Source of the DNA: Candidatus Altimarinota bacterium
GTDB lineage: Bacteria > Patescibacteriota > Gracilibacteria > CAIRYL01
NCBI GenBank assembly: GCA_965250085.1
Contig: OZ252287.1
Span: 288,001 to 352,000, forward strand
Length of the DNA stretch: 64,000 nucleotides
Reading direction: 5' to 3'
Position numbers and translations under genes: made by a program. Under the pieces are notes generated by a model that worked only from the letters and a program-made list of their open reading frames with translations, had not been told where the DNA came from and searched no databases. Positions 51,388-60,278 of the stretch are shown one piece after another. Positions within the stretch are counted from its first letter, which is position 1, and every line of letters starts with the position of its first letter.

Positions 51388-51920
51388 CGCGCTCCAAGCT
51401 ACAGATAAATGCGGCGTTGGTGGAATAGGCACGATGCGTCTTCTTATTGTTTGTCGCTAGCGTCGACTGATCTTTGCGGACCGCTTCACTTTCAAAGGGA
51501 GCGTACATCGACTGACTGACCTCGCCATCTTGCACACATCTTCCCTGTACTACTCTCCAAGGAATTCGAAGAGGGCATACCCCTTCTTCACCGCCCCCGC
51601 CCCTGGCAGACCACACACCGGAGGCAGCCCGGCAATGCAGGGCTTCCAGAGCAATTGGGCAGAGCTGTGCTCGGGGCCGCCCAATTGCAATCTTGCTCCT
51701 CGGTGCCGCAGCGCGGCATCCCGAGCACACACCGCTCACACACACGCCCACCGGCGGCCATGCCGCCTCTTCCTGCTGTCCGGGTTCTGATTCCGGTGAC
51801 GAGAATGAGAACAGATATCGGCTCTTCGGCTTCACGATCGGCAACTGAGAACCTGGACACGATGCCGTGTCATCGGAGAATGGAGGATACGCTTCCTCTT
51901 CTTTCCTTCTCGATCCTCTG

Positions 51921-52067
51921 ATGGCAGTAACGGTCTCCGAAGCACGGCAGATCCTCGGTTCTGATGCAGACCCCTTGTCGGACGAAGACATCCGAGAAAT
52001 GCTGGCGAGCTTGTACCTTCTTGCCGAAGAACTCCTTGATCTGCAGGAGAAGGGAGGATTACAGTGA
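51921..52067 (+). CDS. Small helical protein upstream of the serine recombinase
   Basis: MAVTVSEARQILG..LSDEDIREM..LY.LAE; amphipathic, immediately 5' of the recombinase. Confidence 0.55.
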   Translation: MAVTVSEARQILGSDADPLSDEDIREMLASLYLLAEELLDLQEKGGLQ

Positions 52068-52116
52068 TCGCACTGCAGATATTAGAAATTGGAAAAATCT
52101 TTCTCCCCTTGTTCGA

Positions 52117-53649
52117 GTGCCATGCGCTGTGCTCTACTGCCGGGTCTCCAGTCAGAAACAAGTTCGTGAAGGACATGGGCTCAGTTCACAGGAAACCACC
52201 TGCCGGCAATACGCTCGGGAACAAGGGTTTACGGTTGCTCGTGTTTTTACCGATGATGCTTCGGGAGGAGGCGATTTCTGGAAACGGCCGGGGATCTGTC
52301 AGCTCCTTGCATTCCTCGAAGAACAGGAAGAGAAGAAATATGCCGTTATCTTTGACGACATCAAGAGATTTGCCCGCGACACGGTCTTTCACCTGAAACT
52401 TCGGCAGGAACTGGCGGTGAGAAATGCCTATCCCCTCTGTCCCACGTTCCGCTTTGATGATTCTCCAGAAGGGGCGTTTGTAGAAACGGTCATTGCGGCG
52501 ACAGCAGAACTCGAACGCAAGCAGAACCGACGGCAGGTCATTCGTCGGATGAAGGCGCGCCTTCAAGCCGGGTACTGGGTTTTCGGTCCCCCACTCGGAT
52601 ATCGGTATGGGAAGAAACGAGGGCAGAAGATTCTTGTTCCAGATGTACCGGCGTCTGATGCCGTGACGGAGGCTTTGAAGCAATATGCTTCTGGAGAACT
52701 GCCCACGCAGCGGAGTGTCGGACGCTTTCTCCAACAACAAGGGCGCTTCCGGCGCTCGTCAACACACCGATCATTCCCGGCAGAAACCATACGGCGATTG
52801 CTCAGCAATGAGATCTATTCCGGCTGGTGTGTCTGCACCAAATGGAATCTGCGGGTGAAGGGAATTCATAGGGCTCTTATCAGCGAAGAAACGTATCGAA
52901 GGATTCTCAGCAGACTCGATCACCGGAAGAAAACGAAGGGAGTGAGATGTCTCAAGAAACGGGAAGAATTTCCCTTGCGAGGATTTCTGCGATGCACTCG
53001 ATGTGATCGGCAGATCTCTTCCTATTGGGCCAAAGGACGAAGCAAACGATACGCCTACTACGGGTGCCCGAATCCCGGATGCTTCAATCTACGGAAAGAG
53101 AAGATGGAGGACCAGTTTCTTGATCGTCTCCACGATGCCGTGCCTTCTGCAAGTTCTGTAAGACTCCTCGAAGCCGTGCTGACCGATGCCTTTCAGAACA
53201 GACTGACCACACGGGAACAGATACGAACCGCACGGCGGAAAGCAAAACCTCAGATCCAGAAGAAGATCGATTCCTGTCTTGATGCCTTGCAGAGTGCTTC
53301 AGCTCCCGCTGTCCGACAGATCTATGAAGAACGAATCGAGACCCTGCAAGCCGAACTCGACCAGCTGGCAACAGCAAGAAGCGATGAAGCGCAATACACT
53401 CTTGAACCACTCCTCACCAGTGGCAGAGATATTCTGCAAAACCCGGTGCGAACCTGGAAAAACAGCGATCTGAGTCGTCGCCAGATTATCCAGAAACTCG
53501 TCTTCACTCCGCCTATTGCCTATCACAGAGATTCAGGACTTCGAACCGCTCGATTCTCGCTTCTCTACCGTCTCATCCGACAGTCGGAAAAGGGGAAATC
53601 CTGTTTGGTGGACCCGGCTGGATTTGAACCAGCGACCAATCGGTTATGA
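52117..53649 (+). CDS. Large serine recombinase (start uncertain; ORF is open from 51964)
   Basis: YCRVSS catalytic motif, DDIKRFARD, G.W..GPPLGY recombinase domain, Zn ribbon CTRC..YYGC..C and coiled coil. The 3' end reads through the antisense strand of the tRNA. Confidence 0.93.
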   Translation: MPCAVLYCRVSSQKQVREGHGLSSQETTCRQYAREQGFTVARVFTDDASGGGDFWKRPGICQLLAFLEEQEEKKYAVIFDDIKRFARDTVFHLKLRQELAVRNAYPLCPTFRFDDSPEGAFVETVIAATAELERKQNRRQVIRRMKARLQAGYWVFGPPLGYRYGKKRGQKILVPDVPASDAVTEALKQYASGELPTQRSVGRFLQQQGRFRRSSTHRSFPAETIRRLLSNEIYSGWCVCTKWNLRVKGIHRALISEETYRRILSRLDHRKKTKGVRCLKKREEFPLRGFLRCTRCDRQISSYWAKGRSKRYAYYGCPNPGCFNLRKEKMEDQFLDRLHDAVPSASSVRLLEAVLTDAFQNRLTTREQIRTARRKAKPQIQKKIDSCLDALQSASAPAVRQIYEERIETLQAELDQLATARSDEAQYTLEPLLTSGRDILQNPVRTWKNSDLSRRQIIQKLVFTPPIAYHRDSGLRTARFSLLYRLIRQSEKGKSCLVDPAGFEPATNRL

Positions 53650-53681
53650 GCCGACTGCTCTAACCACTGAGCTACGGGTCC
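53606..53681 (-). tRNA. tRNA with CAU anticodon, most likely tRNA-Ile2 (lysidine type)
   Basis: GGACCCGTAGCTCAGTGGTTAGAGCAGTCGGCT-CAT-AACCGATTGGTCGCTGGTTCAAATCCAGCCGGGTCCACCA; paired G1-C72 excludes fMet, and the acceptor and D arms are Ile2-like. Confidence 0.88.
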
Positions 53682-53845
53682 AATGCTCGGGAAATACTAT
53701 AATGCAATGGAAGTAAATCGCAACTCATTTATGTTCACTCCAACGCTCAATCCCATTATGCGAAACTCCTCTCTTGCCCTTGAGTTACGGATTCATGGCT
53801 CAGAAAAGAGTATACGGCAGCAAATTGCTGAGAGAAAACACTTGT

Positions 53846-54358
53846 CTATTTTTTCTTCGCCACAACTTTTTTCGCCACCTTTTTCGCTTTTGTTTCTTTC
53901 TTTGGTTGTGCTTCTTCTCCTCGTACTTCCACCGCTATAGAAACGTCTACTTCTTCTCCAAGATTAAGTTGAACAGTATACGACCCTTCTTCCTTGATAT
54001 GTTCTTTCATTTTCACCTGATCAACTGAAACTTCGATCTTTTGAGATTTTTTGAGTTCTGCAACGATGTCTTTTTCTGCTACAGATCCATACAGATGTCC
54101 TTTTGCGGTAAGTTTTTTAGAAAAAGACAGGGTGATCTTCTTGAGTTGTGACACCACCTCTCGTGCCTTTTGCAGTACTTCTTCTTGTGTTTTTATGCGC
54201 TCGGATTGTATTTTTCTCGCATGAGAAAGTGCTGGTGCATTCGCACTGGTGGCAAAACGTTTTGGAAAAAGGTAATTACGTGCATATCCAGGAGAGACGT
54301 CTACTACATCTCCTGAAAATCCGAGTTTTTTTACATCTGTAAGAAGAATAACTTGCAT
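53846..54358 (-). CDS. rplI: 50S ribosomal protein L9
   Basis: MQVILL.DVKKLG..GDVV.V.PGYARNYLFP and LYGSV; Lys-rich tail. Confidence 0.96.
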   Translation of the reverse strand: MQVILLTDVKKLGFSGDVVDVSPGYARNYLFPKRFATSANAPALSHARKIQSERIKTQEEVLQKAREVVSQLKKITLSFSKKLTAKGHLYGSVAEKDIVAELKKSQKIEVSVDQVKMKEHIKEEGSYTVQLNLGEEVDVSIAVEVRGEEAQPKKETKAKKVAKKVVAKKK

Positions 54359-54373
54359 ATGGAAAGACAAAAA

Positions 54374-56617
54374 TTAGAAAAATGTATTTTTAAAAGAAGT
54401 AAAGAGCCAAGGAACAAAACTGAGCCAATTTTTTTTTGGTACAAACGTCCGACTCTCACGTATATGCCAATCCTCGACGTTAGAAAACTTGTCAGGAAAA
54501 AGTGCTATGTAATTAACTTCCAGGTTCTGCACCTTTGAGTTGACCGGCATCGTGTAATAAGGACTGAAGAGAAAAACTGCTGGTACATCTTTTTTAATGA
54601 TTTCTCTGAGTTGAGAGAGTTTTTCATTTCTTTCTTCCTCATTGTGGGTCTGGCGGATCTCTTCCAAAAGAATCCCTGCTTCAAAGCTCTTATATTTTGA
54701 GAGATTGGACCCGCCCTCATCAGCCTGGCTGAAGTGCCAGAATGAAAAAGCGTCGGGATTGTAGCCTAGGTTTTGCCCGTAAAGCAAGAGATCATAGTCC
54801 TTTTGAATGATAGCCGCTTCAACAAATTTTTCTTGATCTAATATCTCTACTTCAATGTCTATTCCTACCTCAGCCCACTGAGATTTTAAGGCAGTAGCAA
54901 CTTCAGGATAAAACGATGGAGATGAGATAGTAGTCATTCGAAGAGAGAGCCTTTCTCCTTCTTCATTTTGACGAACAACTGGAGCTTTATCTCCACCAGC
55001 AGCTGCAGCTGAAGGAAATATTTGAAAGAACGCAGATTTGGCATCTTCATCCACATACAACGTTACTACTTCTTCATCTAGTTTTTTTCCATTCTTATCA
55101 AAAAATTCTACAGTGTATGTGTTTTTCCCCTTTGTGATGGTTTCGATCTCAAAATTGAGTTTATATGAAAATCGTTGCTTTTCTGGAGTAAACAATTGGA
55201 GATTATATCCATTTACTCGAACCGTTTGAGTTCCCTCCGGAAATGATCCCAAAAGAAAATCGGCTTCTTGAGATTGAACATGTTGATTATTTTTTATGAC
55301 CGGCTGGAATACATATTTCAAGTCTTCTGCATTTGCTTCCAAAGGTGTGTCTTCATTTGCGTCTTGAGATTCTTCATTCTCTAATTCTTCCAAATCTTCA
55401 TCCTGATTATCTTGTTCATCCTGAATTTCATCAAGAGAATCATCATCGGGAAGATCTTCCTCTTCACTTAAGGAAGACTTTGGTATTTCAGGAAGAAGCC
55501 ATCCAGAATCTTTTAAGGCGCCTGCTGCTTTTTCGGTGTCAAACTCAAAAAGCCACTCAGAAAGATCTGTTTCCAGGAGAGGGGTGTCTATTCGTTTTCC
55601 AGAAACAATTTTAAGGATTTCCTCTTTATCAGTTGCCAATTGCAAAGCCAACCGCACCTTCTGGTTTTCTTCTCCAGAAAGCTTTGGGGAATCCATATTG
55701 ATAAATACAGCTGCGTATTGAGGAATAATAAAATTCAAAGGCTTAAAGTTTTTGTCGTCCTCCAAAAATTCATATTGAGACTTCAATTTGGGATGGAGGG
55801 CATCCAGCTTGGAAATATTGTTTACCATCAGGTCTACATTTGGAAACAGCTGAAACTCAAAAAATGAAATTTTTGGCTTTCCAGAAATATATTCCGGAAA
55901 TGCTTCTAAAGAAATAGTTGTGATAGGAGATTCTTCCGAAAAACCAATTCCACGAAATCGGTATGGTCCGGCTCCAATGGGGTCCTGATTGAAAACGTCG
56001 TATTGCAGGCTTTCTACCGGAACTTCTTGGAGTAAATGCTGAGGAACAAGGCCAATTGTAAAGTTGGTGAGAAAAAATTTATAGGGAACAGGAAGAGTAA
56101 ATGTAACTGTTTTATCATCTACTTTTTCTATTTCTACGCCTTTAAATGTATGATTCAGGAGCTTGTTGGGGAAATCTGGGTGCTGAATCAGAGATTTATA
56201 GGTAAATATCACATCGTCAGCAATGAGAGGCTCTCCATTATGCCATGTGAGGTTTTCTTTGAGAGTAAAGGTGTAGGTTTTTTTATCAGGAGAAAGAGTA
56301 TGATCTGCGAGATGGTCTTCTATCGTACCGGTAGATGGGTCATACCGCATGAGGCCCGCAAATATGAGTCGCGCAATATCTGCCTCTACAGAAGTCGCTT
56401 TGTTATTTCCCGTAACCAGTAATGGGTTGAGAAAAAAGTTTTGATCTACAATCGCTACTGCTCCTTCTGTAAGGGTGCCTCCTTCTGCAGAGTATGCAAC
56501 CGTATTTTCTTCATAAAATCGCCAAATAAGCCCTCCAAAAGAGATCAGAAAAATGAGCACAAAGAATGCCAGAAGTGCTTTTTGTGACTTTGAAAAATGC
56601 CAAAAAAGTCGTTTCAT
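54374..56617 (-). CDS. ABC transporter substrate-binding protein, family 5 (OppA-like), with an internal insertion
   Basis: GG.L.EG, YTFTLK...WHNG.P..ADDV.FT, PIGAGPY, VR.AL..A.DK and W..VGI. Confidence 0.88.
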   Translation of the reverse strand: MKRLFWHFSKSQKALLAFFVLIFLISFGGLIWRFYEENTVAYSAEGGTLTEGAVAIVDQNFFLNPLLVTGNNKATSVEADIARLIFAGLMRYDPSTGTIEDHLADHTLSPDKKTYTFTLKENLTWHNGEPLIADDVIFTYKSLIQHPDFPNKLLNHTFKGVEIEKVDDKTVTFTLPVPYKFFLTNFTIGLVPQHLLQEVPVESLQYDVFNQDPIGAGPYRFRGIGFSEESPITTISLEAFPEYISGKPKISFFEFQLFPNVDLMVNNISKLDALHPKLKSQYEFLEDDKNFKPLNFIIPQYAAVFINMDSPKLSGEENQKVRLALQLATDKEEILKIVSGKRIDTPLLETDLSEWLFEFDTEKAAGALKDSGWLLPEIPKSSLSEEEDLPDDDSLDEIQDEQDNQDEDLEELENEESQDANEDTPLEANAEDLKYVFQPVIKNNQHVQSQEADFLLGSFPEGTQTVRVNGYNLQLFTPEKQRFSYKLNFEIETITKGKNTYTVEFFDKNGKKLDEEVVTLYVDEDAKSAFFQIFPSAAAAGGDKAPVVRQNEEGERLSLRMTTISSPSFYPEVATALKSQWAEVGIDIEVEILDQEKFVEAAIIQKDYDLLLYGQNLGYNPDAFSFWHFSQADEGGSNLSKYKSFEAGILLEEIRQTHNEEERNEKLSQLREIIKKDVPAVFLFSPYYTMPVNSKVQNLEVNYIALFPDKFSNVEDWHIRESRTFVPKKNWLSFVPWLFTSFKNTFF

Positions 56618-56626
56618 GATTTTGTT

Positions 56627-56872
56627 TTAAACAAACAAGATTTCTATCTGTGGCCAGAATGCAACGACAAGTGCATTGAGGCAAAAGAGCACCGTGAGCG
56701 TCACTGTTGCCCGAAAAAGAAGTTTTTCTGCTCCTCTGCGAACGGCAAAAAATTCACCGCCACCACTTCCACCAATAGCACCAGAGAGTCCCTCTCCTCT
56801 GTTTTGAAGCAAAATAGCAACGAGAAGCAATACAGAAATAATAAGCTGTGTAATAAGGAAAATAGTATTCAT
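56627..56872 (-). CDS. secG: Preprotein translocase subunit SecG
   Basis: ILLQ.RG.GL.G..GG and RRG.EK.LF..T; two TM helices. Confidence 0.92.
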   Translation of the reverse strand: MNTIFLITQLIISVLLLVAILLQNRGEGLSGAIGGSGGGEFFAVRRGAEKLLFRATVTLTVLFCLNALVVAFWPQIEILFV

Positions 56873-57058
56873 TTTTCTCAAAAAAAGCGTTGTGGATAAT
56901 ACGTTTTTTGTCTCATAGCGTCAATGAAGTCGCTAGAGAGTTTAATAAAGAAAAATATGCAAACTCCCCTGAAAAACCTGAGGAAAAAATAAACATTTTC
57001 TGTTCTCAAGAGAGAATGCTCTGTCGTACAATAGAACCAATTTATAAACTTGAAACAT

Positions 57059-57313
57059 ATGGAATCTGCAGAACTTATTGGTTTTCTCGCTGGGATATTG
57101 GTCGCAATATCACTCTTTCCACAAATTCTTAAATCTTGGCGAACAAAATCAACCAAAGATATCGCCCTTGCCTGGACCCTTATCAATCTCTCAGGACAGA
57201 TCCTCTGGATTGTTTATGGTATCAAAATTGGAAGTCCGTCCTTAGTCGCTATGAGTAGTCTGACCTTGATGATGACGCTGTTTCTTATAGGCTTAAAGCT
57301 TAGATTTGGGTAA
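57059..57313 (+). CDS. SemiSWEET / PQ-loop transporter
   Basis: FPQILKSWRTKSTKDI and LWIVYG; three TM helices. Confidence 0.88.
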   Translation: MESAELIGFLAGILVAISLFPQILKSWRTKSTKDIALAWTLINLSGQILWIVYGIKIGSPSLVAMSSLTLMMTLFLIGLKLRFG

Positions 57314-57391
57314 GTAAGAAAAGTAGCTTCAGTAAGCCATAAAATAAATAGTGAAGAGAAAAGAAAATACACATCCTCTGAAAACTATTTG

Positions 57392-57730
57392 CTAGTAATG
57401 GCCTATAGTTCCTCCGATTCCAGTGCCTGGGCGATCAGTGCCATAGAAAGTGAGACCCTTCCGCCTATCTTTGTTCTGAGGAAGTCCTCCTCCTCTCATA
57501 GTGAGATCCTCCTGCCTTTTTTCTTGCTGAGAAAGTCCTCCTCTCATAGGTCGAACAGGAGGTGGAATAGGTCGTTGCCTAGCCAGTTCACGCCTTACAC
57601 TAGCCAGTTCACGCCTTACACCTCTCATTACATCTTCAGCGCCACCATTGACTCTTGAATCTTCACAATTCTGATCTTCTTCATCCACAGGAATGCTCTT
57701 CGTCTCGGTAGCAGGGGATTCTCTCGTCAT
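57392..57730 (-). CDS. Low-complexity hypothetical protein with internal repeats
   Basis: 112-aa ORF; exact 21-bp tandem duplication at 57580-57621. Confidence 0.5.
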   Translation of the reverse strand: MTRESPATETKSIPVDEEDQNCEDSRVNGGAEDVMRGVRRELASVRRELARQRPIPPPVRPMRGGLSQQEKRQEDLTMRGGGLPQNKDRRKGLTFYGTDRPGTGIGGTIGHY

Positions 57731-57818
57731 AAGAAAGCTGGATAACTTTTTAGGAAACTGCCTTTAAAACTCAATCCCAAGTATAACAGTGTAATATTCG
57801 ACTTGTCAAAAAAATATC

Positions 57819-58232
57819 CTATAATTGATCTGTTATACGTGAAAGTACAATACGCAGTGTATTTTGTATTTCCCGTATCTCTAAAATTTCTGTTACTTCC
57901 ATATCTGCTTCTCCATCTACTTGTCTTGCATACTTCATATTGACTCTATTCCCCTCTACTCGCAATTGTTGAACATCGTAATGTAGTGTTGGGAGTCTTT
58001 CAAACGCGCTTTCCCACCATTCTCTGAGTTGGTCTTTTCCTTTGACCCAACCTTGTGTTTCTGGCTGATGCTTTTGTAATTTTGGACTATAATGCTCTGC
58101 ATCATCAGCATAAAGGCTCAATAACGCTTCAATGTCATGCTTATTAAATGCCCGAAACCATTCTATGGCTACTGCCATTATTTCCTCCGCATCCAATTTG
58201 CCCGCTGTTGGGAGCTTGTCAGGTGTTCCCAT
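57819..58232 (-). CDS. SnoaL-like / NTF2-family protein
   Basis: WF.AFN.HD..ALL.LYADDA.H.SP and G...LR.WW. Confidence 0.85.
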   Translation of the reverse strand: MGTPDKLPTAGKLDAEEIMAVAIEWFRAFNKHDIEALLSLYADDAEHYSPKLQKHQPETQGWVKGKDQLREWWESAFERLPTLHYDVQQLRVEGNRVNMKYARQVDGEADMEVTEILEIREIQNTLRIVLSRITDQL

Positions 58233-58295
58233 AAAAATTTATAAAAGAAAGAAAGGGATACCTCTCATTTTAGACTTTAAGATTCTGGAAATATT

Positions 58296-59552
58296 TTACC
58301 TACTTCCTTCTTCTGCAATTTGTGCCTGATGCTCTTGCTCAGCAGTGCTTTCAATCCAGAGATAAAAGAGGTAGCCAATTATAAGGAGTAAGGATCCTAA
58401 AATAACGATAAGGAGTGTCATTATTCCCAATGCATGAGTAAAAAAAGCAAGAACAAGGAGTCCAGCTCCTATGAGTATTTTTAACATCTTTAAGAACGAA
58501 AAACTTTTTGGAGCGAGCATCAATTTTTGTGTTTCGTCAGTAAAAGAAGGTGCCATGAGCCCAATAGCGATCAAACTCACTCCAAGAGATCCCGGAAGCA
58601 GCCATAATCCGTGGAGAGTCTCTTCAGTCCCAACATGCTCAAGGATAATAATAAGTCCTGCTCCTGCCGCAGCGATTCCTGCAAAGACAAAGAGATGCAT
58701 ATACGTCCACAGCTGACGCCACCAAAGACTTGTCTTTACCGTTCGGCGAGCAACTGTGTCAAAATATATCCACCATACCGCAAAAGCTATGCTCACGCCT
58801 AACATGCCCAGCACAATATGCTGAGTACTCAGAATTTCTTGATCAGTCATTACTGTAATTACGCCAATCACGAGTTCCCCCAAAACAATGATGGACATAA
58901 GACCAAAGCGTTCTCTCATTTTTGCACTCGTTGAACCAAATGACGTTTCTCTCTTACTGATGATATGAGCAAAAACAATCGGGGTAAGAAGGTCAACAAA
59001 TAATGCCACACCCCAAAGAACAAGACGTATCTGGAGTGGAACAAAAATAGAAATGATAAAGAGTGTCGTGGAGAGACCAAAACCTATCACAGGTATTTGT
59101 ACAACACTCTTCATGTGTGGAATGTTCATATTATGTCTGCCAGCACGCAAGAACATAAGAGTACTAAATCCATGGTGCATGATGTAGGCAATAGCAAATG
59201 GGATACTGGTTTCATTCATAGCTCCACCAATAAATACCGCCATACCAGCAACAGCAATCATTTGGATATAGGTGAATACGCGAATGCTCAAATCATGAGT
59301 CTCAAAGGCATCAAAATAATACGCTCCTGTCAGCCATGCATACCAAACCGGTAGGAAAAGAAAAACGAAGACCAGAAGTCCCTTGAGATCTGGATGCATA
59401 ACGAGGTGATGAGTAAGCTGCGCAATGAGAGCTACAAAAACAAGGTCATAAAACAGCTCAAGCCATGAAACCCTTCTTTCTACATCAGGATCACGAAAAT
59501 CTGGTTTATGCCACCAAAGTCTTTTGTGATGTGTGTGTTCATGTTTTTTCAT
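58296..59552 (-). CDS. ltrA: Low temperature requirement protein A family membrane protein
   Basis: VSWLELFYDLVFV, ERFGL..IIVLGE, WWIYF and Y.HL. Confidence 0.9.
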   Translation of the reverse strand: MKKHEHTHHKRLWWHKPDFRDPDVERRVSWLELFYDLVFVALIAQLTHHLVMHPDLKGLLVFVFLFLPVWYAWLTGAYYFDAFETHDLSIRVFTYIQMIAVAGMAVFIGGAMNETSIPFAIAYIMHHGFSTLMFLRAGRHNMNIPHMKSVVQIPVIGFGLSTTLFIISIFVPLQIRLVLWGVALFVDLLTPIVFAHIISKRETSFGSTSAKMRERFGLMSIIVLGELVIGVITVMTDQEILSTQHIVLGMLGVSIAFAVWWIYFDTVARRTVKTSLWWRQLWTYMHLFVFAGIAAAGAGLIIILEHVGTEETLHGLWLLPGSLGVSLIAIGLMAPSFTDETQKLMLAPKSFSFLKMLKILIGAGLLVLAFFTHALGIMTLLIVILGSLLLIIGYLFYLWIESTAEQEHQAQIAEEGSR

Positions 59553-59653
59553 ATACTTCCTGCCCAGAGTCAAAAAATAAAAAATCCTCGTAATGATATG
59601 CTATTACAAATGTAAATTCAAAAATATAAAAAAATATAGTAACCTCATTTTTT

Positions 59654-59681
59654 TGAAAGAAAAGATATAATAGATGCGTAT
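59654..59681 (+). promoter_or_regulatory. Putative ECF-type promoter of the sigma gene
   Basis: TGAAAG-17 bp-CGTAT; the same motif occurs at 61103-61129. Confidence 0.55.
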
Positions 59682-59690
59682 CTAAAAATA

Positions 59691-60275
59691 ATGACTATTC
59701 CTTCTTTTGCTTCCCTCACCGACGAACAAATTGCAGAAAAAGCTCAGCTTCAGGATATTGCTGCTTTTGAATGCCTCGTACAGAGATATGAAAACCCTCT
59801 TCTAAGATATATTCTTCGCATTTCTCATTTCTCTCCAGAAGAAGCAGAAGAAATATTACAAGAAGTATTTCTCAAAGCTTGGAAAAATCTGAATGATTTT
59901 GATATTACTGAAAAATTTAGCAGTTGGATCTATCGCATTACTCATAACCAGACAATCTCAGAATTTCGAAAAGCAAAATCTCGTGGACTTGAACAGCAAA
60001 CAGCATGGAACGAAGAAATTTTTGGGAACTTGCCCGATAAGATTGATATTCCTGAAGAACTGAATCAAAAACTGAATTCAGAGAAAATTCACAAGATGCT
60101 TGATCTGATGCCAAAAAAATATAGCACAGTAATAATTTTAAATTTCTTAGAAGAAAAAAGTTATGACGAAATTTCTGATATATTGCACATTCCTCCCGGC
60201 ACTGTCGCTACACTTTTAAATCGGGCAAAGAAAACTTTTTATGAACTCCTTACCCGTAACCATATTTCTTTTTAA
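59691..60275 (+). CDS. ECF RNA polymerase sigma factor
   Basis: AEEILQEVFLKAW, FSSWIYRITHN and SYDEISDIL..P.GTV..L.RA. Confidence 0.93.
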   Translation: MTIPSFASLTDEQIAEKAQLQDIAAFECLVQRYENPLLRYILRISHFSPEEAEEILQEVFLKAWKNLNDFDITEKFSSWIYRITHNQTISEFRKAKSRGLEQQTAWNEEIFGNLPDKIDIPEELNQKLNSEKIHKMLDLMPKKYSTVIILNFLEEKSYDEISDILHIPPGTVATLLNRAKKTFYELLTRNHISF

Positions 60276-60278
60276 GAC

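Larger units (their letters stand above)
45367..53614. mobile_element. Genomic island integrated at the 3' end of tRNA-Ile2 by a large serine recombinase
   Basis: 9-bp direct repeat TGGTGGACC at 45367-45375 and 53606-53614 (the tRNA acceptor end). Visibly higher GC and SD-led genes between the repeats; host-like DNA outside. Confidence 0.88.

Noticed and set aside
51365-51991. 208-aa minus-strand ORF and overlapping ORFs
   Set aside because: Low-complexity, Arg/Ser/Cys-rich translations typical of GC-rich non-coding or shadow frames.
45367-53614. Prophage, ICE or chimeric contig
   Set aside because: No structural, terminase, relaxase or T4SS genes are present. The precise tRNA-end direct repeat and in-frame tail argue for real integration rather than misassembly, though reads were not available.
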